Shown here: piece after piece, positions 56,001 to 64,000 of the stretch | Layout of the letters: every line of letters starts with the position of its first letter | Numbering within the stretch: position 1 is the first letter of the stretch | Source: a virus | Lineage: Duplodnaviria > Caudoviricetes | Direction: 5' to 3' (one strand) | IMG/VR virus record: IMGVR_UViG_3300028048_000124 | Coordinates: 12,294 to 76,293 of that record | Length of the DNA: 64,000 nt | Position numbers and translations under genes: made by a program | The notes under the pieces: model-generated | Told to the model about the DNA's origin: nothing | Databases searched by the model: none | The model's input: the letters and a program-made list of their open reading frames with translations, nothing else

Positions 56001-56653
56001 TATGAGTTACTCCCCGTGATGATGTAGAGATAGCCGTCATAACGCGTTGCAGGTTCGGAGGATAGGACGACTATTTTGATGTTACTAGCCCAATCGGGGT
56101 TGTTGGAGGTTGGAACGTCCACTGAATAGTCTACTGTTTCTGATGTATATGACCTATAGGCACTGGCAATACGAGTGTCAGCGAACTTTACTGTTGCGAT
56201 TTTCGTCGAAACGTCTATGGCAATACTATTAAAATCAGTCTCTTCTTCGCTAGTTGCCGTGCCAGCATAGAGGAACACAAAGTGCATAATATTCGTTCCA
56301 TTGTTATTATACGTTCCGTTATAATCCGCAACCACAACAGGCATATTCAAAGCGGACGCGTCTAATAAAACCGAGTGTCCATTCATTGTCGTGTATTGTT
56401 CATTGGTTAACTGAATTTGGAGAGGGCTTTGCGAAATCACCTGCGACACCGCGATTGTGATTGTGGGGATACCCCCCGCGCCGGCGATTGCCGAATCCAC
56501 CTGCGCCTTGGTGTAGACGTCGGAGGAATTCGCCTTCGCCGAAAGAAGCCCGTCTGCGGCGGTTTTGTCGTATACGTCGGCTTTCTTCGCATACGTGGTG
56601 TCGAGTTTGGACTTAAACGTTGTAAGTCCGGTTAAATCTAGGTATTTTGACAT
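56000..56653 (-). CDS. fibre/decoration-array protein (KYLDLTGL anchor)
   Basis: MSKYLDLTGL; PTITIA.SQVISQ module; ends RYDGYLYIIT. Confidence 0.6.
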   Translation of the reverse strand: MSKYLDLTGLTTFKSKLDTTYAKKADVYDKTAADGLLSAKANSSDVYTKAQVDSAIAGAGGIPTITIAVSQVISQSPLQIQLTNEQYTTMNGHSVLLDASALNMPVVVADYNGTYNNNGTNIMHFVFLYAGTATSEEETDFNSIAIDVSTKIATVKFADTRIASAYRSYTSETVDYSVDVPTSNNPDWASNIKIVVLSSEPATRYDGYLYIITGSNS

Positions 56654-56674
56654 TTTCTAAGTCCTCCTTTTGGG

Positions 56675-57100
56675 TTAGTTGGAACCGCCACCATAGGCGA
56701 CGCGTCTATATGTGGTATCAGCAACGATGACGTCAGAAGGAGCAACATCGATAACCGAATAGTGCAAGTCTGAGGATTTAACAGAATCGCCCTCCACTAC
56801 ATAATCACCATCTGTGTTATACGTGCTATTGACCCATTCAGTCCAAGTCATTCCTTCTTCCGCTTGATAGGTAGTTCCGTCAATAGTGAACGAAATTAAC
56901 GTGACCTCGACGAATAAGGCTTCTATCTCAGCGTTCGTAATCGAATCGACCTCGATTGCGATGTTCCCGCTTCCAAGTAGGCTATTGCCGTTGACGGTTT
57001 TGATGTTCGTCCCGCTGACGAGGGCATCCTGCTTTCCCGACACGGCATCCAATCTGTCGTCGATTTCCTGACCTGTGTATTTGCTTGTGTATTTTCCCAT
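56675..57100 (-). CDS. fibre/decoration-array protein ending in a beta-grasp-like module and GGG-SN
   Basis: YTSKYTGQEID anchor; KQDALVSGTNIKTVNGNSLLGSGNI fibre motif. Confidence 0.6.
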   Translation of the reverse strand: MGKYTSKYTGQEIDDRLDAVSGKQDALVSGTNIKTVNGNSLLGSGNIAIEVDSITNAEIEALFVEVTLISFTIDGTTYQAEEGMTWTEWVNSTYNTDGDYVVEGDSVKSSDLHYSVIDVAPSDVIVADTTYRRVAYGGGSN

Positions 57101-57158
57101 AAATCGTTTTCTCCTCTTATTAGATTTTAGCGTTTATGTTTGATGTTTCCCTTAATGA

Positions 57159-59318
57159 TTAGCCAATCGGCTGCCATGCGCCGTTGGCATATAACGCACT
57201 TTCAACGTATTCTCCACTATCGTTTGAATCTCCGATGTAGACTTGCTTCGGCTTCGCTTCGATTACAAGTGCGTTGCTGTTTACGAGGTTGAATGAGGTT
57301 GACCCCGTATCGAGAAGCAATAGGTTGTTTTCGGGTAGGGCAAATGAGACGGTGAAACGGTAAATTATACTTGAATATGTGTCAGGGTCAGTTTGCCCAC
57401 CGAATATGTAAATCTTTGTTCCAACAACACCACTCGCCATACGATAAATTACAGTTGGTAAGGTTGTGGATAATGTAGTTATTGTTTCCGTGACAGTGTC
57501 GAAGCAGTATATTGTGTTTAAAGCAACATTCCCAACAAACCCACCAAATAAGTAGATTTTTGTTCCAACAACACAACTCACCATATCTAGCATATATTTT
57601 GGAAGTTGAGTTGATAAAGTTGTGATTGTTTCAGTGGTTGTGTCGAAGCGATAGATTTTGTTTGAATAATTTGAACCACCAGAAACGTCGGTTGCACCAC
57701 CGAATATGTAAATCTTTGTTCCAACAACACCACTCGCCATACGATAAATTACATCTGGAAGGGTTGTAGATAGTGTTGTGATTGTTTCAGTGGTTGTGTC
57801 GAAGCGATAGATTTTGTTTGAATTTACTGAACCGCTAGACTCGTCAGCCTTTCCACCGAATAAGTAGATTTTCGTTCCCACAACACCGCTCGTCATATTA
57901 TGGAGTATTGTTGGCAACCTAGTGGATAGTATTGAAATCGTTTCGGTTTCGGTGTCAAAACAATAGATTTTGTCTGAATTCGTGCTGTGTGTAGTTAAAC
58001 CACCGAATATGTAAATCTTTGTTCCAACAACACCACTCGTCGTTCGATTGAGTGCATCTGGAAGGGTTGTAGATAGTGTTGTGATTGTTTCAGTGGTTGT
58101 GTCGAAGCGATAGATTTTGTTTGAATAACCACTTGAAGAACCACTAGCAAATCCACCAAATATATAAATCTTCGTCCCAACGACACCACTCACCATAACA
58201 CTAATTGCGGTAGGCAATGTTGCATCCAATGTGGAAATCGTCTCCGCCCCCAAAGCCAAGTCCTTGCTCACCGAAACCTTTTCTGGTTCGGTGTCCGTCT
58301 TGACCCACAATTTGGATGTGTCGCTAGGCGCGGTCGTTGACGAATAATGTATATTCAGTTCCACGCCTCCGCCACCGGTCTCGATGGCGGCGATTTCATT
58401 GGCGAAGTTCACGGGATACAGCGGGTCGCTCTTGCCCGTCTTGGCCCTAATCGCATTGGCGACGTCGGTGAAAATGTCGTTAAGATTCGGGTTCGATGGC
58501 GTAGGTTCGGGTTCAGGTTCGGGTTCTTCTTCCTCGATTTGCGTGGCATTGGCTTGAAGCCAAGAGATGAGGTCGGAATTGGTTACATCAGTTCCGCCTG
58601 TGATTTCGATTGTTGTTTCAATATCACCAAGGTTTAAAGTGTCATCGGAAGCCGCTTGAAACTGGACATAACTACTATTATTAGAAGGACTACAAAATAT
58701 AACAAACCTTGGATAAACAATAGGCGTGGCTGTAGCAAATAAACAGCCAGCAAATGAGCCTGTGGAACTATCAAATTGTTGTCGAATCCTAAATTCATTT
58801 TGTACAGCCGATTCATAAGTACTAGCATACATTTTATATACTAAATCAACCGAAGTTATTTTAACATACCCTTCTTCAAAACCAACACCGATAAATTCAC
58901 TAGGTTTTTTAATGAGCCACTTAGTTCCCGTCAAATCGGTTATTGCCGGTTCAACAACTTGCGTTGCGTTTGCCTGAAGCCAGGAAATTAAAGTTGCGTT
59001 TGTAGCATCAGTTCCACCTGTAATTTCAATAGTTCGAAAGGCTTCGGAGAGCCAGGCTTGCTTCCCTTGATAAACAATATTTTGTTGCTCAGAACTATCC
59101 CAATAAGAAAGTTCATCAAGAAGACCAAGTCCTAAAAGAATATAGTTAACCCCATCGCAATTAAAAGAAATTTTATAATCCACCGAACCAGTAAGGTCAA
59201 TTTCGCTATTAAAGAACCATTTAGTCCCCGTCAAATCGGTTATCGAATTGGTTGCTGTCTCTTGATAGTTGATTGTGATTGAACTCCCAATAACTGGTCC
59301 TGGTATATTTATTGGCAT
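57159..59318 (-). CDS. array protein with two TDLTGTKW modules and a six-bladed Kelch beta-propeller
   Basis: Six SGVVGTKIY(I/L)FGG...IY(R/C)FDT.TETI..L...LP repeats. Confidence 0.85.
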   Translation of the reverse strand: MPINIPGPVIGSSITINYQETATNSITDLTGTKWFFNSEIDLTGSVDYKISFNCDGVNYILLGLGLLDELSYWDSSEQQNIVYQGKQAWLSEAFRTIEITGGTDATNATLISWLQANATQVVEPAITDLTGTKWLIKKPSEFIGVGFEEGYVKITSVDLVYKMYASTYESAVQNEFRIRQQFDSSTGSFAGCLFATATPIVYPRFVIFCSPSNNSSYVQFQAASDDTLNLGDIETTIEITGGTDVTNSDLISWLQANATQIEEEEPEPEPEPTPSNPNLNDIFTDVANAIRAKTGKSDPLYPVNFANEIAAIETGGGGVELNIHYSSTTAPSDTSKLWVKTDTEPEKVSVSKDLALGAETISTLDATLPTAISVMVSGVVGTKIYIFGGFASGSSSGYSNKIYRFDTTTETITTLSTTLPDALNRTTSGVVGTKIYIFGGLTTHSTNSDKIYCFDTETETISILSTRLPTILHNMTSGVVGTKIYLFGGKADESSGSVNSNKIYRFDTTTETITTLSTTLPDVIYRMASGVVGTKIYIFGGATDVSGGSNYSNKIYRFDTTTETITTLSTQLPKYMLDMVSCVVGTKIYLFGGFVGNVALNTIYCFDTVTETITTLSTTLPTVIYRMASGVVGTKIYIFGGQTDPDTYSSIIYRFTVSFALPENNLLLLDTGSTSFNLVNSNALVIEAKPKQVYIGDSNDSGEYVESALYANGAWQPIG
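57360..58260 (-). repeat. Kelch repeats with near-identical DNA copies
   Basis: About 65 bp exact repeat at ~57758 and ~58060; unit 47-52 aa. Confidence 0.8.
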
Positions 59319-59330
59319 AATAAATCCTCC

Positions 59331-59552
59331 TTAGTCATTAGAGCCACCTGAGGCATATATCACAATGTCAGAATCGGAAATGTCTACCGTATCACCATTG
59401 GAATAGTAAGCCGAGTTGACTTCAAATGACGCGCCATATATGTTTGTGCTCGCCACTATCACGTCACCGTTGTGCAATTCGTATCCGCTTGACACTGTTG
59501 TTCCGTTGACTGTGCAGGTCACATTGCTACTGAATGTAAGATAATGAGCCAT
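59331..59552 (-). CDS. small array protein (divergent B-repeat-like) ending GG-SND
   Basis: Paralog of 62174-62410. Confidence 0.55.
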   Translation of the reverse strand: MAHYLTFSSNVTCTVNGTTVSSGYELHNGDVIVASTNIYGASFEVNSAYYSNGDTVDISDSDIVIYASGGSND

Positions 59553-59565
59553 AATCTTTTCCTCC

Positions 59566-60276
59566 CTAATAAGAAGCGTTTATCGCCCCGGTAACCGCCG
59601 TCGCTATGGCAGAATCGACTTCTGCTTTGGTATAGACATTGGCACTGTTTGCCTTTGCCGCCAACAAAGTGTCGGTTTCCGTTTTGGTATAAGTCGTTGC
59701 CTTGTCGGCCTTAAGGTTCAACGCAGTCTGGGTGGCCGTGCTTATAGGCTTATTTAAGTCGCTTGTGTTGTCCACGTTTCCGAGGCCGACGTCGGATTTA
59801 TCCAAAGAAACATCATAAGCATGGTTGGCTTTGGCGGGATAAGTGTTATTGAACTGCAATTCAGCGACTTTCGTAGAGGTGTTTACGAAGATTGTATGGA
59901 AATAAAGGTAGTCGGTATCCTCGCTGTAGACGAATGCGAATTTCAGGTGCCTAATATCATTATCATCGGTATAGGAGCCGATGTAATCCGCGACCACGGT
60001 GGTCATCCCCAATGCGGTTCCGTCGAATATGACGGAGCGTTCGCTCATCGCCGTGTATTGTTCGTCGGTGAGTTGCACCTGCATCGGGTCTTGCGAAATC
60101 ACCTGTGATTGTGCGATGGCGACGGTCGGAAGGCCTGAACCTCCGCTTGCACTCAATTCGCCGGAAGAGGAAAGGGTGAGTCCGCTTCCCACGGTCTTGA
60201 TTTCGGCCATGCCTTCGACTTTGTTCAAATCCGCCTGGACTTGTGCCCCAGTTTGCGTTAAAGTTGTGTTTGCCAT
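59566..60276 (-). CDS. fibre/decoration-array protein
   Basis: LTQTG anchor; VGLGNVDNTSDLNKPISTATQTAL fibre motif. Confidence 0.65.
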   Translation of the reverse strand: MANTTLTQTGAQVQADLNKVEGMAEIKTVGSGLTLSSSGELSASGGSGLPTVAIAQSQVISQDPMQVQLTDEQYTAMSERSVIFDGTALGMTTVVADYIGSYTDDNDIRHLKFAFVYSEDTDYLYFHTIFVNTSTKVAELQFNNTYPAKANHAYDVSLDKSDVGLGNVDNTSDLNKPISTATQTALNLKADKATTYTKTETDTLLAAKANSANVYTKAEVDSAIATAVTGAINASY

Positions 60277-60297
60277 AAATCATTTTCTCCTTTTATG

Positions 60298-61011
60298 TTA
60301 ATCATTTGAGCCACCACTGATATATGTTGCGTTAGCCACGATTTTAGCCGATTCCATCACTACCGAATGTTGTGCGTCTCTAATCTCTTCGCCACCCGGT
60401 CCGTAAATTCCATAGCCTCTCTGTGTAAATCCGTTAGTGTTATATTCGCTTGCAACCCATTCTCCCCAAGTCATTCCTTCCTCGGCTTGGTAGGTCGTTC
60501 CGCTAAATGTGAACGTAATCAACGTGACCTCCGTGGTTATCAGGTATCCGCCGCCATTTGCGAACAACTTACCGTCTTGTGCGAGCAAGGCGTTTTCCGG
60601 GACAGGTACTTCCCTCTCCCATATCAGTGAGTTGCCGAAGTATGCCTTAATGACATGTCTCGACCCGAAATGCATATCGGCGATTTTGAGGTTGCCGAAG
60701 AAGAATTTTGGTCTTTCTTGGGTAACTGCAACAGTATATCCCAAGTATCTGACTTCAGGACCAGTTGCTGTAATATTAAAAGTGTCTCCAACAGCGTTTC
60801 CTTCATCGGGAGTTGTTGCACCTTCTGTGTTTGCAAATCCTAAGAACACACCATCACCATCATATGTGTATACCGGTGATATGGCTGGGATGCCATCCAC
60901 AATCAACCCAGTCGATGTGATAAGAAACGTATATGTTTGCCCCTTGATTAAGTTAACATAATACTCGTCTCCATTTATTGCAAAACCAATTGGCATTGTC
61001 GTAATCGCCAT
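60298..61011 (-). CDS. array protein (IYLG-type module plus beta-grasp-like module) ending GG-SND
   Basis: MHFGSRHVIKAYFGNSLIWE; YQAEEGMTWGEWVASEYNT. Confidence 0.6.
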   Translation of the reverse strand: MAITTMPIGFAINGDEYYVNLIKGQTYTFLITSTGLIVDGIPAISPVYTYDGDGVFLGFANTEGATTPDEGNAVGDTFNITATGPEVRYLGYTVAVTQERPKFFFGNLKIADMHFGSRHVIKAYFGNSLIWEREVPVPENALLAQDGKLFANGGGYLITTEVTLITFTFSGTTYQAEEGMTWGEWVASEYNTNGFTQRGYGIYGPGGEEIRDAQHSVVMESAKIVANATYISGGSND

Positions 61012-61013
61012 AA

Positions 61014-62162
61014 TCAGTTACTCTCCGTTATGATGTAGAGCCAGCCATCATATTTGATAGCGGGGTCAAAATTTAGGACGGCTATTTTGAGAAGGTAACC
61101 AGTCGTATCTGCGGAGGTTGGTTGTTGTCCTTGATATCTAACTGCATATGTTGAATCTGATACCGTTGCTGACCTTGCCGTATCTGCTTCAACTGCTTGT
61201 TTTGGATACGTATTACCAAAATTTATGTTTGCGATTTTCGTTGAACAATTTACAAGAATTCTATTAAACTGAATAAAATTACCATCTGCATTATAGATGA
61301 ATACAAATTCTAGGTCACTAACAACGTCTGAGTCATCAGTTAAAGAACCATTATAATCCGCTACCACGGTTGGCACACCCAAAGCCGAGCCGTCAAATAT
61401 AACCGAGCCATGTTGCATTGTCGCATATTGTTCATCGGTTAACTGGATTTGTAACGGACTTTGCGAAATCACCTGTGACGCAGCAATCGTTATCGTCGGC
61501 AGACCGACGCTGGGCGTTGTCCATTCCGGTCCGTTCGTACCCGCAGTCAAAACCTGACCATTGGTGCCTCTGGCTAACCTTGTGGGAGTTCCGTTTGTAC
61601 CACCTACGACCAAATCGCCCTGCGTGGTCATAGGGTTGGCCATCTTAGTTGCCAAAAGTGCGTCTTCCTCTTCCTTGAAGACTGCGAGGTTGTCCAAGGT
61701 GATTAGTTTGTCAACTGAGGGTTCCGGTGTTGGCTCCGGTTCCGGTTCTGGGTCTTCGTCCTCGATTTGGGTGGCGTTGGATTGTAACCATGTGATTAAA
61801 TTCGAGTTAGTCGCATCAGTCCCGCCCGTGATTTCGATTGTGCGGTAGGCTTGATTTGACCATGTGCTAGTCCTTGAGTTATATGCATGTTCAAAATTAT
61901 TTGAGGAACCGGTTTGTGGAGTAGTCACAAAATATTTCAAACCGCGCCCACTGCCATAGAGGTCATCTGGGTCGGCAAATAAAGCGACAAAATTCTGGCT
62001 ATTGGAAGTAAACGAAATATTATAAGGTTCACCCCAAGCGTTTTCCGGTGCTTCATTTATCAGCCATTTAGTGCCTGTCAAATCGGTTATCGAACTGCTT
62101 GCGGTCTTGTGGTAGTTGATGGTGATTTGAGTGATTACTCTCTTTACTGGGTTAGTATTCAT
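61014..62162 (-). CDS. array protein (TDLTGTKW, anchor, fibre repeat and YDGWLY modules)
   Basis: Shares modules with 56000 and 57159; PEPEPEPTP linker. Confidence 0.6.
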   Translation of the reverse strand: MNTNPVKRVITQITINYHKTASSSITDLTGTKWLINEAPENAWGEPYNISFTSNSQNFVALFADPDDLYGSGRGLKYFVTTPQTGSSNNFEHAYNSRTSTWSNQAYRTIEITGGTDATNSNLITWLQSNATQIEDEDPEPEPEPTPEPSVDKLITLDNLAVFKEEEDALLATKMANPMTTQGDLVVGGTNGTPTRLARGTNGQVLTAGTNGPEWTTPSVGLPTITIAASQVISQSPLQIQLTDEQYATMQHGSVIFDGSALGVPTVVADYNGSLTDDSDVVSDLEFVFIYNADGNFIQFNRILVNCSTKIANINFGNTYPKQAVEADTARSATVSDSTYAVRYQGQQPTSADTTGYLLKIAVLNFDPAIKYDGWLYIITESN

Positions 62163-62173
62163 AATAAGCCTCC

Positions 62174-62410
62174 TTATTTAGAATCGGCACCGCCTGAGGC
62201 CGGTATGTAACTCACGCTTATACTCTTGTCGTAAACGTCAACCGTTTCCCCATTGATATGCCCTGCGTCGGAGTTGACTGAAATAGTACCTCCGGCCGAT
62301 GAGGCACTCACCACTATAACATCACCGTCGTGTAATTCATATCCACTGGAAACGGACGTCCCGTTGACTGTGCAGGTCACGGAACTATCGAATGTAAGAT
62401 AATCCACCAT
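62174..62410 (-). CDS. small array protein ending GG-ADSK
   Basis: Paralog of 59331-59552. Confidence 0.55.
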   Translation of the reverse strand: MVDYLTFDSSVTCTVNGTSVSSGYELHDGDVIVVSASSAGGTISVNSDAGHINGETVDVYDKSISVSYIPASGGADSK

Positions 62411-62447
62411 AATTCATTTTCTCCTTTTGGGTTAATTAGGTTATTGG

Positions 62448-62930
62448 TTAGCGGCTATCGCCACCGCTTGATGTAGCCGTATATGTAGTATTAGGTATGA
62501 TTTCGGTAGAAGAAGTAACGTTCTCAACACGTCTATTCCCGTCTGCGGTGTAAATATTATCATTCATCACTTTAAATCCGCCAGTATTGTATTCGCTTGC
62601 AACCCATTCTCCCCACGTCATACCTTCTTCGGCTTGATATGATTTGCTACTACCAATGTTAAACGAAATCAACGTAGGCGTGGTAGTTTCCGGTGTCGTA
62701 TCCGGTGTCGTTTCCGTATTCGTTTCCGGGGTAGTCGTCGTCCCGTTTCCGAACAACGCACGCACCTCCGCCTCTGTGGCGGTCTCATAGGAACCCCCGC
62801 TTGCGGAAATCTCCCCGCCTTCTGAGAGGGTTAATCCCGTGCCTATCGTTTTGATGTTGGCCAGTCCCTCGACCTTATTCAAATCGGCCTGCAGTTCGGT
62901 TCCGGTTTGTGTTAATCTGAAGTTTGACAT
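62448..62930 (-). CDS. array protein (LTQTG anchor, Thr/Pro linker, beta-grasp-like module) ending GG-DSR
   Basis: Shares the N-terminus with 59566 and the C-terminus with 60298. Confidence 0.6.
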   Translation of the reverse strand: MSNFRLTQTGTELQADLNKVEGLANIKTIGTGLTLSEGGEISASGGSYETATEAEVRALFGNGTTTTPETNTETTPDTTPETTTPTLISFNIGSSKSYQAEEGMTWGEWVASEYNTGGFKVMNDNIYTADGNRRVENVTSSTEIIPNTTYTATSSGGDSR

Positions 62931-62948
62931 TATTCATTTCCTCCTTTG

Positions 62949-63902
62949 TCATTCATCGTATACCTGTACGTCCTCGCCACCCCAAGTGGTCACGACCTCC
63001 CCGGCCGCGGTCTCCACGGAAATCACCCTTGTATCGAAGATTGCGCCATTGGAGCAGTAGAGGTAGTCGCCGTTATTTAGTAAGAAGTTCGAGTCCTCAA
63101 CGACCGGCTTGGCCTCGTATATAAGGATGTCCCCAAGGTATACCTTCATCACCGGCAACTCCCCGAAATATATGTTTTCGATTGGCAGGTTTCCGATGGA
63201 GAAGATGTTGGATGGTTCGGGTGAAGACATTTTTTCAAAAACATCCAAAAAAGAAATTGGAACTTCTAAACTTTCGTTAATAGTCAAGATTCTACCCAAA
63301 TCATAGCCAGTTCCCCACCCTATAGACCCTTGAACATTACTATACGGAATCGCATAAACTATATCAGAACCATTATAAAAACCAAGAGCATAAAGAGCCC
63401 CGTTCATCTTTTTAGTAAATAAAATTCGGTCAACATAATCAGATGCAAGATTGAAATTACCATAAATATCAAAAGTTAATAGTTGAATCTCATCCTTAAG
63501 TCTATAAGTTTCACCTGCGGTCAAATCGATTATTTGTGTCGCGTTTGCTTCTAGCCAAGTGATTAAATCGGAATTGGTGACGTCCGTTCCGCCTGTGATT
63601 TCGATTGTGGGAGGAGTGGACAATTTAACATAAGGGTTAACACTAGTGTCATACCACCCCTCTCCTTCACTAGCAGCACTATAAATTAGGTCATCACTCG
63701 TAATATAAGTTCCACTTGAACTATATCCAAGCATTATCGTAGATACTCGATAAACCCTTTCAAGGTAAGGTGATGATAAACTAGTCCGTTCTTCATTATC
63801 AACGGAGGAAATATAAGTAATGTTAAAACTAGAACTTGCCCCGGCGGACGTGCATACATCGTTAAACAACCATTTCGTTCCCGTCAAATCGGTCACTGCC
63901 AT
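62949..63902 (-). CDS. array protein (TDLTGTKW plus IYLG modules)
   Basis: Paralog of 55185-56000. Confidence 0.6.
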   Translation of the reverse strand: MAVTDLTGTKWLFNDVCTSAGASSSFNITYISSVDNEERTSLSSPYLERVYRVSTIMLGYSSSGTYITSDDLIYSAASEGEGWYDTSVNPYVKLSTPPTIEITGGTDVTNSDLITWLEANATQIIDLTAGETYRLKDEIQLLTFDIYGNFNLASDYVDRILFTKKMNGALYALGFYNGSDIVYAIPYSNVQGSIGWGTGYDLGRILTINESLEVPISFLDVFEKMSSPEPSNIFSIGNLPIENIYFGELPVMKVYLGDILIYEAKPVVEDSNFLLNNGDYLYCSNGAIFDTRVISVETAAGEVVTTWGGEDVQVYDE

Positions 63903-64000
63903 TATGAGTTACTCCCCGTGATTACGTACATATACCCGCTGTATCTGGTATCGGGTTCTGAAGGTAGGACGACTATGGTCAGGAAGCCGCTTGTGTTGTC
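63902..64000 (-). CDS. 3' end of a further array gene (partial)
   Basis: Manual translation ...LTIVVLPSEPDTRYSGYMYVITGSNS*, paralogous to the end of 56000-56653. Confidence 0.7.
   Translation of the reverse strand, partial: DNTSGFLTIVVLPSEPDTRYSGYMYVITGSNS

Noticed and set aside
57159-59552. Stop-codon readthrough joining 59331-59552 to 57159-59318
   Set aside because: They are in frame, but the 12-nt gap holds a strong GGAGG SD, and the paralogous pair (62174/61014) is out of frame.
121-63306. All plus-strand ORFs and the short nested minus-strand ORFs in the track
   Set aside because: They lie antisense to, or inside, well-supported minus-strand genes, lack SD sites and show no recognisable motifs; they arise from the codon bias of the real genes.
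54582-64000. Diversity-generating retroelement (TR/VR pair)
   Set aside because: In the paralog pair compared by hand (55185 vs 62949, 5' ends) the mismatches are largely synonymous and not adenine-specific; no reverse transcriptase is in the window.
54582-64000. Invertible shufflon
   Set aside because: All repeats and genes share one orientation; no inverted crossover sites or recombinase were seen.
1-64000. Alternative genetic code (TAG or TGA recoding)
   Set aside because: Core genes are full length in code 11, Trp is TGG, and TAA, TAG and TGA all end genes.
1-64000. tRNA, rRNA or structured ncRNA genes
   Set aside because: Intergenic gaps are short and explained by promoters and terminators; no cloverleaf with a T-loop consensus was spotted by eye. 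tRNAscan/Infernal would be needed to exclude them formally.

Overview
This window is 64 kb of a large T4-like (myovirus-type) tailed phage genome. Every credible gene is on the minus strand and uses the standard genetic code with Firmicutes-style AAGGAG/GGAGG ribosome-binding sites; the plus-strand ORFs in the track are antisense shadows. In transcription order (64000 to 1) it holds: a tandem array of short modular fibre/decoration genes, a tail fibre and its chaperone, a holin-type cassette, large terminase, portal, a two-glycosyltransferase plus Stealth island, a prohead protease-scaffold fusion, the major capsid protein, an AT-rich repeat locus, neck, sheath and tube, tail chaperones, tape measure, baseplate, and an early Zn-finger plus SNF2 helicase pair running off the left edge. 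A 15-bp late-promoter motif (TGCTAAATTAAATGA; 12 exact copies and 3 variants) plus intrinsic terminators divide the region into cassettes. Three candidate systems stand out, all inferred from motif reading and untested. (1) Acidic multi-module proteins among the head genes are punctuated by T4 gp21-like [LIV]-x-E sites and could be capsid-packaged polyproteins; their modules include an ArfA-like 49-aa peptide, a nucleotidyltransferase, a SAM-lyase-like domain, PcfJ-like domains, a half-ferritin and a likely DNA mimic. (2) Five proteins in the fibre array end in Gly-Gly plus 2-4 residues, three of them right after a beta-grasp/ubiquitin-like domain. (3) A late-expressed phosphoglycan-synthesis island sits inside the head operon.
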